A DNA stretch of 64,000 bases. It comes from Malacoraja senta (taxonomy: Eukaryota). The stretch covers positions 3,908,001 through 3,972,000 of the forward strand of contig CM075997.1 of assembly GCA_038087875.1 (NCBI GenBank). Direction: 5' to 3'. Positions within the stretch are counted from its first letter, which is position 1, and every line of letters starts with the position of its first letter. A program made the translations under genes and the position numbers. This document shows positions 1 through 27,497 of this stretch, piece after piece. The notes under the pieces are model-generated. The model was not told the origin of the DNA, made no database searches, and worked only from the letters and a program-made list of their open reading frames with translations.

Positions 1-266
1 GAACGGAGACGAGGAAACACTTTTTCTCACAGAGAGTGGTGAGTCTGTGGAATTCTCTGCCTCAGAGGGCGGTGGAGGCCGGTTCTCTGGATACTTTCAA
101 GGGAGAGTTAGATAGGGCTCTTAAAAATAGCGGAGTCAGGGGATATGGGGAGAAGGCAGGAACGGGGTACTGATTGGGGATGATCAGCCATGATCACATT
201 GAATGGCGGTGCCGGCTCGAAGGGCCAAATGGCCTACTCATGCACCTATTGTCTATTGTCTATTGA
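1..266 (+). mobile_element. CR1-clade LINE 3' end, young (CTATTGT)n-tailed family
   Basis: Near-identical to the 3' part of the copy at 1111-1788 and ends in (ctattgt)n. Confidence 0.9.
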
Positions 267-497
267 CCTTGATGCCTGGCCCCCAACCTCTGCTCCCGAC
301 CTCAAACTCTGTCCTCCGGTGACCTCTGGCTCCCGACCTTGACCTCGACCACCACCTTGTTGAGCCTGGACCAGTCCCAGTGCCGCGACACACTACCGCC
401 ACCGCACTCTGGCGCAGTGGATGAACGCTGCGTATCGCGGCCACGGGATGGGCCGAGACGCCACACAAATGCACGCCGTGTTGTTCCTGTTTTCCAG

Positions 498-578
498 CCG
501 GGCCGACTTCCAGCGCATCGGCGGGCTGGCGGTGAATCCTCTGGGAGAACGGATCATCAACGCCTTCTTTCCTGACGG
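498..578 (+). CDS. chp2: CHP2-like calcineurin B homologous protein, internal coding exon (equivalent to exon 3)
   Basis: ttttccag|...|gtgagt, 81 nt, phase 2/2. Translates (S)[27 protein letters not shown], matching the CHP1/CHP2 motif 'Q.I..LA(I/V)NPLG.RII..FFP.G'. IG.LAVNP...PDG favours CHP2 over CHP1. Confidence 0.9.
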
Positions 579-717
579 GTGAGTTTCCCGACACTGGGAA
601 TGGCGCCAAAACCCGGCCACTCTTGCGTTCGGACTCAGCGGGCTGTTTCGATGCATTCTATACTTAACCGGGGATTGTGCTTATATATATACGACAATAA
701 TCCTACTGATCTGTATG

Positions 718-1041
718 GGGCGGCACTGTGGCACAGCGGTAGAGTTGCTGCCTTCAGCACTTACCGCGCCGGAGACCCGGGTTCGATCCCGACTCCGGGT
801 GCTTGCTTGCCTGTACGGAGTTTGTACGTTCACCGCGTGACCTGCGTGGGTTTTCCCCAGGGACTTCAGTCTCCTCCCACACTCCAAATGATTGTGGGTT
901 AATTGGCTTGCTATAAAGGTCAAAAACTGTCCCTAGTGTAGTAGGATAGTGTTAATGAGCAGGGATCGCGAGTCATGCCGACTCGGTGGGCCGAAGGGCC
1001 TGTTTCCGCGGTGTATCTCTAAAACAAAAAATAAAAATAAA
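718..1041 (+). mobile_element. tRNA-derived V-SINE (HE1-like), full length with TSD
   Basis: A box (tggcacagcgg), B box (ggttcgatcc), V-domain 'ggagtttgtacgtt..cgtgacctgcgtgggtttt' and a CR1-like tail. ATCTGTATG direct repeats at 709-717 and 1042-1050. Confidence 0.9.
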
Positions 1042-1110
1042 ATCTGTATGCAGGAAAAATAATTCCACTGTACCTTGGTGATAACGAACCATTCCGCCGT
1101 TCTCTCCCCA

Positions 1111-1788
1111 TCAGGTACAGCAGGCAGTGAAGAAAGCGAATGGCATGTTGGCCTTTATCACAAGAGGAGTCGAATATAGGAGCAAAGAGGTCCTCCTGCA
1201 GTTGTACAGAACCCTAGTGAGACCACACCTGGAGTATTGTGTGCAGTTTTGGTCCACTAATTTGAGGAAGGACATTCTTGCTATTGAGGGAGTGCAGCGT
1301 AAGTTTACAAGGTTAATTCCCAGGATGGCGGGACTGTCATATGCTGAGAGAATGGAGCAGCTGGGCTTGTACACTCTGGAGTTTAGAAGGATGAGAGGAT
1401 ATCTCATTGAAACATATAAGATTGTTGAGGGTTTGGACACACTAGAGGCAGGAAACATGTTCCCGATGTTGGGGGAGTCCAGAACCAGGGGCCACAGTTT
1501 AAGAATAAGGAGTAAGCCATTTAGAACGGAGACGAGGAAACACTTTTTCTCACAAAGAGTGGTGAGTCTGTGGAATTCTCTGCCTCAGAGGGCGGTGGAG
1601 GCAGGTTCTCTGGATGCTTTCAAGAGAGAGCTAGATCAGGCTCTTAAAAATAGCGGAGTCAGGGGATATGGGGAGAAGGCAGGAACGGGATACTGATTGG
1701 GGTTGATCAGCCATGATCACATTGAATGGCGGTGCTGGCTCGAAGGGCCAAATGGCCTATTCCTGCACCTATTGTCTATTGTCTATTG
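1111..1788 (+). mobile_element. CR1-clade LINE, 5'-truncated
   Basis: ORF 1127-1696 has the CR1 ORF2 C-terminal motifs LYRTLVRPHLEYCVQFWS, RTRGHSL and FFSQRVV..WNSLP, followed by a (ctattgt)n tail. Confidence 0.95.
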
Positions 1789-1948
1789 TGTTTAAGAAGG
1801 AACTGCAGATGCTGGAAAATCGAAGGTAGACAAAAATGCTGGAGAAACTCAGCGGGTGCAGCAGCATCTATGGAGCGAAGGAAATAGGCAACGATTCGGG
1901 CCGAAACCCTTCTTCAGTCTATTGTCTATTGCCATCCTTCCGTTGCAG

Positions 1949-2073
1949 CAGAGACACAGTGGATTTCCGCTCCTTTATCCGCATCCTGGCGTGCTTCCGA
2001 CCCGTCAGACAAGTCAAATCATCGGATCCTCTGGCTCCAGAACCGCTTAACAGCCGAGAAAATAAACTGCGGT
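1949..2073 (+). CDS. chp2: CHP2-like internal coding exon (equivalent to exon 4)
   Basis: ttgcag|...|gtgagt, phase 2/1, joins the previous exon in frame. Translates RDTVDFRSFIRILACFRPVRQVKSSDPLAPEPLNSRENKLR, containing the CHP hallmark 'PEPLNSR.NKL'. Confidence 0.92.
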
Positions 2074-2208
2074 GTGAGTAATATTCGTCATCCAGCCTCC
2101 ATTGGGCTTGTACGCGCTGGGGGGGGGGGGGGCGGGGACCTCATTGAAACATACAGAATAGTGAAAGGCTTGGATAGAGTGGATGTGGAGAGGATGTTCC
2201 CACTAGTG

Positions 2209-3019
2209 CAAGGGTTCCCAACCTTGTTCGTCCCCTCTACCCCTAGAAACTTTAATAGCACATAACAATGTTACTTCACTTATTTATGAACAACTAATAG
2301 AAAATAGGTGCAGGAGGAGGCCATTCGGCCCTTCGAGCCAGCACCGCCATTCATTGTGATCATGGCTGATCGTTCCCAATCAATAACCCGTGCCTGCCTT
2401 CTCCCCATATCCCTTGACTCCACTAGCCCCTAGAGCTCTATCTAACTCTCTCTTAAATCCATCCAGTGATTTGGCTTCCACTGCCCTCTGTGGCAGGGAA
2501 TTCCACAAATTCACAACTCTCTGGGTGAAAACGTTTTTCTCACCTCAGTCTTAAATGACCTCCCCTTTATTCTAAGACTGTAGCCCGTGGTTCTGGACTC
2601 GCCCAACATTGGGAACATTTTTCCTGCATCTAGCTTGTCCAGTCCTTTTATAATTTTATATGTTTCTATAAGATTCCCCCTCATCCTTCTAAACTCCAGT
2701 GAATACAAACCTAGTCTTTTCAATCTTTCCTCATATGACAGTCCCGCCATCCCAGGGATCAATCTCGTGAACCTACGCTGCACTGCCTCAATCACAAGGA
2801 TGTCCTTCCTCAAATTAGGAGACCAGAACTGTACATAATACTCCAGATGTGGTCTCACCAGAGCCCGATGCAACTAATGGTGAACAGATACCAGAATACC
2901 AGAACCAAACACAGCATCTGAGAAAAAATATGTGCAAATCCAGAATCAACATATTTACCCCCTGGGCAGGTGAAATTTACCCCCAGTGGGGTAATTTTAC
3001 CCCAGGTTGGGAACTCTTG
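2209..3019. mobile_element. hAT-type MITE (interrupted by a CR1), inserted in an older CR1 fragment spanning ~2135-3275
   Basis: TIRs CAAGGGTTCCCAACCT / AGGTTGGGAACTCTTG and an 8-bp TSD CACTAGTG at 2201-2208 and 3020-3027. Confidence 0.88.
2299..2870 (-). mobile_element. CR1-clade LINE 3' fragment nested in the MITE
   Basis: ORF 2511-2873 has CR1 motifs. Flanking repeat CAACTAAT at 2291-2298 and 2871-2878. Confidence 0.92.
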
Positions 3020-3509
3020 CACTAGTGGGAGAGTCTAGGAATAGAGGTCACAGCCTCAGAATTAAAGGGCGTTCTATTAGGAAGGAGATGAGGAGACATT
3101 TTTTGTCAGAGGGTGGTGAATCTGTGGATTTCTTTGCCACAGAAGGCTGTGGAGGCCAAGTCAGTGGATATTTTTAAGGCAGAGATAGATAGATTCTTGA
3201 TTAGTGTGGGTGTCAGGGGTTACGGGGAGAAGGCAGGAGAATTGGGTTAGGAGGGAGAGATAGATCAGCCATGATTACTATTAAATCTTTTCCCCTTCAC
3301 CGTAAACACCTTAACCCTTTACCACCTTAAACAGCCATGATTGAAGGGAGGAGACTTTTTGAGCCTAATTCTGCTCCCATCAACTATGACCTTATGAGTG
3401 ACTCCAGTTTAAACTTTGACCCTCAGTTTAGATCCCTGTAGATCAGCTGTAGTTTGATCCAATGACCCCCTCCCACTTGTCCCTGTTCACTCACTAGTTG
3501 ATCACTTAT

Positions 3510-3678
3510 GTTTAAGAAGGAACTGCAGATGCTGGAAAAATCGAAGGAAGACAAAAACGCTGGAGAACCTCAGTGGGTGAGGCAGCATCTACGGAGCGAA
3601 GGAAATAGGTGACGTTTCGGGCCGAAACCCTTCTTCAGACTCTTCACTCCAAAGATGCTGCCTCACCCACTGAGTTGA
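3510..3678 (-). mobile_element. Penelope-derived terminal repeat with hammerhead-like core, followed by a short inverted copy
   Basis: The reverse complement of 3611-3638 is CTGAAGA A GGGT TTCG GCCC GAAA C GTC, the same repeat that follows the GIY-YIG remnants at 35000 and 37370. Confidence 0.75.
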
Positions 3679-3944
3679 TGACTAATGGTGCCTTTGACTT
3701 GCGTTGATTTGTAAGTCACACCAATAATGTTATAGTTAGTATATCAGCTATGCATCATTCATGGAGAGCGGGTCCCAACCCAAAACGTCACCTATCCTAT
3801 TACTCCAGAGATGATGCCTGTTCCGTTGAGTTACTCCGGCACTTTGTGTCTATCTTTGTGTTCGTTTCATTTCCACATTTGAACTGTGTCTTCACCCGCC
3901 CTTCTTGCGGCTCAATATTTGTCTACGAGGAGATGGTGATGAGA

Positions 3945-4240
3945 CCACGGGCAGCGGTGGAGTGGCCGCCTCACAGCGCCAGAGACCCGGGTTCCATCCT
4001 GACTACGGGTGCTTGTCTGCATGGAGTTTGTACCTTCTCCCCGTGACCACGTGGGTTTTCTCCGGGTGCTCCGGTTTCCTCCCACACTCCGAAGACGCAT
4101 GGACTTGTAGGTTAATTGGCTTCAGTAAATTTGAATATTATCCCAAGTGTGTGTCGGATAGTCCTAGTGTACGGGATGATCGCTGGTCGGCACGGATAAG
4201 GTGGGCCAAAGGGCCTGTTTCCACACTGTATCTCTCGAGT
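3945..4240 (+). mobile_element. V-SINE (HE1-like)
   Basis: tRNA-like head, V-domain and 'gggccaaagggcctgtttcc' tail. Confidence 0.85.
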
Positions 4241-4568
4241 TTAAAGTCTAGAAGTTTAGAGTAGAATTAGGCCATTCAGCCCATCGAGTCTACTCCATCC
4301 CATCATGGCTGATCTTGCAAGTCCAGCCCATCTGATGAAGGGGGTTCCTACAGCATGGTTGGTTCTGGGATTTAGACTCTCCAGTGTTCCATGTTTCTGT
4401 GTCGCTAGCAGAGTTTTGGGGCGATCGGTTTGATGGGCAACAGCTTCCTAATCCCAGTGTGAAGAAGGGTCCCGACCCGAAACGTCACCGACCCATGTTC
4501 TCCAGAGACGCTGCGTGACCCGTTGCGTTACTCCAGCAGATTGTAAGCTTTCTCCCTTCATGTTTCAG

Positions 4569-4628
4569 TTGCATTCCAGCTGTACGACCTGGATAGGGAC
4601 GGAAGATCTCAAGGACGAGCTGTACCAG
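4569..4628 (+). CDS. chp2: CHP2-like exon for EF-hand 3 (equivalent to exon 5), with two apparent 1-nt deletions
   Basis: tttcag|TTGCATTCCAGCTGTACGACCTGGATAGGGAC GG AAG ATC TC AAG GAC GAG CTG TAC CAG|gtaaac. Reads FAFQLYDLDRDG-KI-S-KDELYQ only if one base is restored in each of two codons. It is 60 nt where 62 are needed to keep frame. Confidence 0.85.
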
Positions 4629-4862
4629 GTAAACACTGGATGGGTAGAGTGGCCACTGGCCCCAGAGTAAACCACTGGATGGGAGAGTGACCACTGGCCC
4701 CAGAGTAAAACTGGATGGGGAGAGTGACCACTGGCCCCAGGGTAAACACTGATGGGGAGAGTGACCACTGGCCCCCAGGGTAAACACTGGATGGGGAGAG
4801 TGACCACTGGCCCAGGGTAAACACTGGATGGGGAGAGTGACCACTGGCCCCAGAGTAAACAC
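4625..4862 (+). repeat. ~39-bp minisatellite, ~6 copies, starting at the exon donor site
   Basis: Unit approximately ccag(g/a)gtaaacactggatggggagagtgaccactggcc. Confidence 0.92.
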
Positions 4863-4899
4863 TCCCTCTGTACAGAGTGGGCTCAGGTAACAGAACCTC

Positions 4900-4922
4900 T
4901 GTGTGTGTGTGTGTGTGTGTGC

Positions 4923-4985
<63 letters not shown>

Positions 4986-5011
4986 TAGTGTGCATGTGTG
5001 TGTGTGTGTGT
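4900..5011. repeat. (GT)n-(GCGT)n-(GT)n compound microsatellite
   Basis: Directly visible. Confidence 0.95.
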
Positions 5012-5104
5012 GATATGTTTTGGTTATGTGTGTGGTTATGTTTTGTCTGTATGTGAACGTGTATACATGACTATGAGTGTACGTATCTGTGTGTGTGTGT
5101 ACAT

Positions 5105-5356
5105 TTAGTTTAGTTTCGAGACAGGCCCTTCGGCCCACCGAGTCCGCACCAACCAGCGATCCCGCCACACTATCCTACACACACTAGGGACAATTTACAT
5201 TTACCAAGCCAATTAACCTACAAACCGAAGATCCCGGAGAAAACCCACGCAGGTCACGGGGAGAACGTACAAACTCCGTACAGACAGCACCGTAGTCGGG
5301 AGCAAACCCGGGTCTCTAGCGCTGTGAGGCAGCAACTCTACCGCTGCACCACCATG
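5105..5356 (-). mobile_element. V-SINE (HE1-like), internally deleted
   Basis: Reverse complement of the SINE head, partial V-domain and (ctaaa)n tail. Confidence 0.82.
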
Positions 5357-5635
5357 CTCCCTGAGTGGTGAATCTGTGGCATCGATTGACACAGACAGCT
5401 GTGGAGACTGTCACTGGGTATTTTAAAGTGGAGATTCATTCGGAAGAATGTCAGGGGTTGTGGGGAGAAGGCAGGAGAATGTTGAGAGGGAAAGATAGAT
5501 CCAGCATGATCGACTGGCAAAGTAGACTCGATGGGCCGAATGGCCACTTATGAACATGAAAACTTATGAAAAAGATTTTGCATGAATGAATGAATAAGTT
5601 TATTGGCCAAGTATTCACATACAAGGAATTTGCCT

Positions 5636-22228
<16,593 letters not shown>

Positions 22229-22444
22229 TTTTGACTTTACCGTATCTATGATTGAATGGAGGATTAGACTCGAGGGGGCTGAATGGCCTAAAGGGGCTGA
22301 TCCACTGCGGCGAGTAAAGAAGAATGTCTTTGACCTTCAAGCTCGAGGGCACTCGCCATGAAGGAGAGTTCCAGCGACCTTCTAGGACCACGTGTCGACC
22401 ATGCCGTGAGTTTGAAGGTCGAAGACACTTCTAAATTAACCAAA

Positions 22445-24043
22445 TAACCATATAACCATATAACAATTACAGCACGGAAACAGGCCATCTCGGCCCTTCT
22501 AGTCTGTGCCGAACTTACTCTCACCTAGTCCCATCTACCTGCACTCAGACCATAACCCTCCATTCCTTTCCCGTCCATATACCTATCCAATTTATTTTAA
22601 ATGATAAAATCGAACCTGCCTCCACCACTTCCACTGGAAGCTCATTCCACACAGCTACCACTCTCTGAGTAAAGAAGTTCCCCCTCATGTTACCCCTAAA
22701 CTTCTGTCCCTTAATTCTCAAGTCATGTCCCCTTGTTTGAATCTTCCCTACTCTCAATGGGAAAAGCTTATCCACGTCAACTCTGTCTATCCCTCTCATC
22801 ATTTTAAAGACCTCTATCAAGTCCCCCCTTAACTTTCTGCGCTCCAAAGAATAAGACCTAACTTGTTCAACCTTTCTCTGTAACTTAGGTGCTGAAACCC
22901 AGGCAACATTCTAGTAAATCTCCTCTGTACTCTCTCTATTTTGTTGACATCTTTCCTATAATTTGGCGACCAAAATTGTACTCCATACTCCAGAATTGGC
23001 CTCACCAATGCCTTGTACAATTTTAACATTACATCCCAACTTCTATACTCAATGCTCTGATTTATAAAGGCCAGCACCCCAAAAGCTTTCTTTACCACCC
23101 TATCTATATGAGATTCCACCTTCAGGGAACTATGCACAGTTATTCCTAGATCCCTCTGTTCAACTGCATTCCTCAATTCGCTACCATTTCCTTGTACGTC
23201 CTATTATGATTTGTCCCTGCCAAGATGTAGCACCTCACACTTATCAGCATTAAACTCCATCTGCCATCTTTCAGCCCACTCTTCCAAATGGCCTAAATCT
23301 CTCTGTAGACTTTGAAAATCTACTTCATTATCCACAACACCGCCTATCTTAGTATCATCTGCATACTTACTAATCCAATTTACCACACCATCATCCAGAT
23401 CATTGATGTATATGACAAACAACAGTGGACCCAACACAGATCCCTGAGGCACCCCACTAGTCACCGGCCTCCAACCTGACAAACAGCCATCCACCATTAC
23501 TCTCTGGCATCTCCCATTCAGCCACTGTTGAATCCATCTTGCTATTCCACCATTAATACCCAACAATTGAACCTTCTTAACCAACCTTCCATGTGGAACC
23601 TTGTCAAAGGCCTTACTGAAGTCCATATAGACAACATCCACCACTTTACCCTCATCAATTTCCTAGTAACCTCTTCAAAAAGTTCAAGAAGATTAGTCAA
23701 ACATGACCTTCCAGGCACAAATCCATGTTGACTGTTCCTAATCAGACCCTGTTTATCCAGATGATTATATATATTATCTCTAAGTATCCTTTCCATTAAT
23801 TTGCCCACCACTGACGTCAAACTAACAGGTCTATAATTGCCAGGTTTACTCTTAGAACCTTTTAAAACAATGGAACAACATGCGCAGTACGCCAATCCTC
23901 CGGCACTATTCCCGTTTCTAATGACATTTGAAATATTCTGTCATAGCCCCTGCTATTTCTACACTAACTTCCCTCAATGTCCTAGGGAATATCCTGTCAG
24001 GACCTGGAGACTTATCCACTTTTATATTTTTCAAAAGTGTCAG
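22445..24043 (-). mobile_element. CR1-clade LINE, ~1.6-kb RT-containing fragment with frameshifts (different subfamily, (tatatggt)n tail)
   Basis: Minus-strand ORFs with [41 protein letters not shown] and LYKALVRP. Confidence 0.96.
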
Positions 24044-24133
24044 CCCCTTAACTCTGCTCCTATGACTTAGGAACACAGTGATGTGGAGTCCCTGGACCAA
24101 GGTAAATGCCAGACCTCTCTCCCTCTCCTTCAG

Positions 24134-24256
24134 GTTCTGTTCATGATGATGGAAGCTGAGGTCACAGCAGACCAACTGGACAATATCATTGATCGGACCA
24201 TTCAAGAGGCCGACCAGGACGGTGATGGTACCATCTCTTTCGAAGATTTCAAAAAG
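24134..24256 (+). CDS. chp2: CHP2-like exon for EF-hand 4 (equivalent to exon 6)
   Basis: ccttcag|...|gtaatc, 123 nt, phase 0/0. Translates VLFMMMEAEVTADQLDNIIDRTIQEADQDGDGTISFEDFKK, with the CHP-typical 'DRTIQEAD.DGD..ISF'. Confidence 0.93.
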
Positions 24257-24534
24257 GTAATCCCCGTCTCCCCCTCCCAAGTCTGGGTGTGTGTCCAGGC
24301 CCACAGCACAGCTCCAGGGATGGTGGTCGCTTTGGTTGGCACCTTGGCGGGGCGGAGCGAGCATGGGCGGTGTCATTGGGCATTGGTGGAAGAAGTACTG
24401 GTGTCTCCGAGATCCTCGGATTCCTCCCACATTCCACAGACGTGCAGGTTTGTAGGCTAATCCGCGTCCCTCCACTGGGATGGACTTCCATCTGTTCCGT
24501 GGGAGCTCAGGGCCTGATTAGGGAGCAGAAGAGC

Positions 24535-25072
24535 GGATTCAGATTCCACTTTATTGTCATTGTGCAATGTACAGTACAGAGACAACGAAATGCAGTTAGC
24601 ATCTCCCTAGAAGAGCGACATAAATATGAGCAGTAAATAAATCTATTTACGTGCATACAGTCATAGTATTTTTTCCTGGTGGGAGGAGTGTCCGGGGGTG
24701 GGGGTGACTGGCAGTCACCGAGGTACAGTGTTGAGTAGTGTAACAGCCGCAGGAAGAAGCTGTTCCTGGACCTGCTGGTCCGGCAACGGAGAGACCTGTA
24801 GCGCCTCCCGGATGGTAGGAGGGTAAACAGTCTGTGGTTGGGGTGAGAGCAGTCCTTGGCGATGCTGAGCGCCCTTCGCAGACAACGCTTGCTTTGGACA
24901 GACTCAATGGAGGGGAGTGAGGAACCGGTGATGCGTTGGGCAATTTTCACCACCCTCTGCAGTGCTTTCCGGTCGGAGACAGAGCAGTTGCCGTACCATA
25001 CTGTGATACAGTTGGTAAGGATGCTCTCGATGGTGCAGCGGTAGAAGTTCACCAGAATCTGAGGAGACAGAT
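24535..25072 (-). mobile_element. Rex1/Babar-type LINE 3' fragment
   Basis: Translates FYRCTIESILTNCITVWYG...LQRVVK.AQRITG...LLPSGRRYRS, followed by a 3' UTR with AATAAA. Confidence 0.88.
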
Positions 25073-25309
25073 GGACAGAAGAGCGGTCACACCAGTGACT
25101 GTCGACATGGAGTTCCAAGTTCCCTTTAGGAACTGTACCACACTGTTGATACCGGTTTCCTCCCACATTCAGAGACGTCCAGGTTGTAGGTTAATTGGCC
25201 TGAGTAGAACTGGCCCTCAGTTATCCCACAGTGGTGGAATGGCTGCCTCACAGCGCCAGTGACGCAGGTTCGATCCTGACTGCGGATGCTGTCTGCACGG
25301 AGTTTGTAC

Positions 25310-25850
25310 TTGTGTGCAGTTTTGGTCCCCTAATTTGAGAAGGACATTCTTGCTATTGAGGGAGTGCAGCGTAGGTTTCCCGGGATGGCGGGATTGTCAT
25401 ATGCGGAGAGAATGGAGCGGCTGGGCTTGTACACTCTGGAGTTTAGAAGGATGAGAGGGCATCTTATTGAGACATATAAGATTATTAAGGGTTTGGACAC
25501 GCTAGAGGCAGGAAACATGTTCCTGATGTTGGGGGAGTCCAGAACTAGGGGCCACAGTTTAAGAATAAGGGGTAAGCCATTTAGAACGAGATGAGGAAAC
25601 ACTTTTTCTCACAGAGAGTGGTGAGTCTGTGGAATTCTCTGCCTCAGAGGGCGGTGGAGGCAGGTTCTCTGGATGCTTTCAAGAGAGAGCTAGATAGGGC
25701 TCTTAAAGATCGCGGAGTCAGTGGGGATATGGGGAGAAGGCAGGAACGGGGTACTGATTGGGGATGATCAGCCATGATCACATTGAATGGCGGTGCTGGC
25801 TCGAAGGGTCGAATGGCCTACTCCTGCACCTATTGTCTATTGTCTATTGT
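25310..25850 (+). mobile_element. CR1 3' fragment inserted into a V-SINE (SINE parts ~25230-25310 and ~25850-26060)
   Basis: CR1 motifs and (ctattgt)n tail. The SINE sequence 'ggagtttgtac...' resumes as 'ccccgtgacctgcgtggg' after the tail. Confidence 0.88.
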
Positions 25851-26379
25851 CCCCGTGACCTGCGTGGGTTTTCTCCGGGTGCTCAGTTTCCTCCGCACTC
25901 TGAAGACGTGTAGGTTTGTAGGTTAATTGGCTTCTGTAAAATAGTCTTAGGTGTGTAGGTGAGAGTACTAATGTACGGGGTGATCGCTGGCTGGCATGGA
26001 CGCAGTGGGCCGAAGGCCTGTTTCCACATTGCATCTCCAAGAACTAAAACTAAAACTCTAAGACTCTGGCGAAAGAAATTCCATCTCGTCCCCATTCTAA
26101 AGGTACGTCCTTTTATTCTGAGGCTGTGCCCTCTGGTCCTAGACTCTCCCACGAATGTCAATTGTTCTGATGACATCTACTGTGGTGGGACTTGGAGCCC
26201 AGACTCTGGGGCTAGAAGGTGGAATGGCCACGGCCAAGCAGGGTCTCCATTGGCTGAAGCTGGGCTGGTTGAGGATTGGCTGGGGACCAGGCCAGCTTTG
26301 GATTGGTTCGGACTGGATAGGGGCTGGCTGGTTATTGGCTGGGACTGGGCTGGCTATGGATTGGCTAGGGCTGAGGTGG

Positions 26380-26669
26380 TACGGTGGCGCAGCGGTAGAG
26401 TTGCTGCCTCACGGCGCCAGAGACCCGGGTTCGATTCTGACCACGGGTGCTGTCTGTACGGAGTTTGCACGTTCTCCCCGTGACCTGCGTGGGTTTTCTC
26501 CGGGTGCTCCGGTTTCCTCCCACACTCCAAAAATGTGCAGGTTTGTAGGTTAAATGGCTTCTGTCAAAAAAACAGTAAATTGTCCCTAGTACGTGTGTGA
26601 TAGTGCAAGTGTACGGGTGATTGCTGGTCAGCACGGACACGGTGGGCAGAAGGGGCCTGTTTCCATGCT
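26380..26669 (+). mobile_element. V-SINE (HE1-like)
   Basis: Complete head, V-domain and tail. Confidence 0.88.
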
Positions 26670-26673
26670 CGAC

Positions 26674-27266
26674 TTCTGCAGTTGTACAGAGCCCTAGTGA
26701 GACCACAACTGGAGTATTGTGTGCAGTTTTGGTCCCCTAATTTGAGGAAGGACATTCTTGCTATTGAGGGAGTGCAGCGTAGGTTTACAAGGTTAATTCC
26801 CGGGATGGCGGGACTGTCATATGCTGAGAGAATGGAGCGGCTGGGCTTGTACACTCTGGAGTTTAGAAGGATGAGAGGAAACCTCATTGAAACATATAAG
26901 ATTGTTAAGGGCTTGGACACGCTAGAGCCAGGAAACATGTTCCCGATGTTGGGGAGTCCAGAACCAGGGGCCACAGTTTAAGAATAAGGAGTAAGCCATT
27001 TGGAACGGAGACGAGGAAACATGTTTTCTCACAGAGAGTGGTGAGTCTGTGGAATTCTCTGCCTCAGAGGGCGGTGGAGCAGGTTCTCTGGATGCTTTCA
27101 AGAGAGAGCTAGATAGGGCTCTTAAAAATAGTGGAGTCAGGGGATACGGGGAGAAGGCAGGAATGGGATACTGATTGGGGATGATCAGTTATGATCACAT
27201 TGAATGGCGGTGCTGGCTCGAAGGGTCGAATGGCCTCCTCCTGCACCTATTGTCTATTGTCTATTG
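26674..27266 (+). mobile_element. CR1 3' fragment
   Basis: ORF 26682-26981 has CR1 motifs, followed by a (ctattgt)n tail. Confidence 0.93.
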
Positions 27267-27328
27267 ACTCTCTAAAGTCTCCTGCAGTGGAGGACGGCCA
27301 AACTCAGTGACTTCTCCCTCTGTTGCAG

Positions 27329-27382
27329 AGTCTTGAGAAGGTCAACCTGGAACACAAGATGAGCATCCGCTTCCTGCAGTGA
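27329..27382 (+). CDS. chp2: CHP2-like last coding exon
   Basis: ttgcag|AGT CTT GAG...CAG TGA translates SLEKVNLEHKMSIRFLQ*, matching the CHP C-terminus 'LEK.D.E.KMSIR(F/I)L'. Confidence 0.92.
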   Translation, partial: SLEKVNLEHKMSIRFLQ

Positions 27383-27497
27383 GATGAGGGGCTATCGTGC
27401 GGAAGGGAACAGCTCGCTACAACCACGGGCTTGCCAACGGACTCAAGCTGCCTGGCCCAGATTGGTGCCTCAAAGTTTCGAGCGCTTTCCCTCAACG

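Noticed and set aside
718..800. tRNA genes
   Set aside because: The A/B boxes belong to SINE heads that continue into the V-domain and LINE-like tail. No stand-alone cloverleaf was seen.
4625..4862. CRISPR-like regular repeats
   Set aside because: Units are directly tandem with no unique spacers, there are no cas genes, and the context is a vertebrate intron.
22445..24043. Intact or domesticated reverse transcriptase gene
   Set aside because: 5'-truncated and split over several frames. An ordinary decayed CR1 copy.
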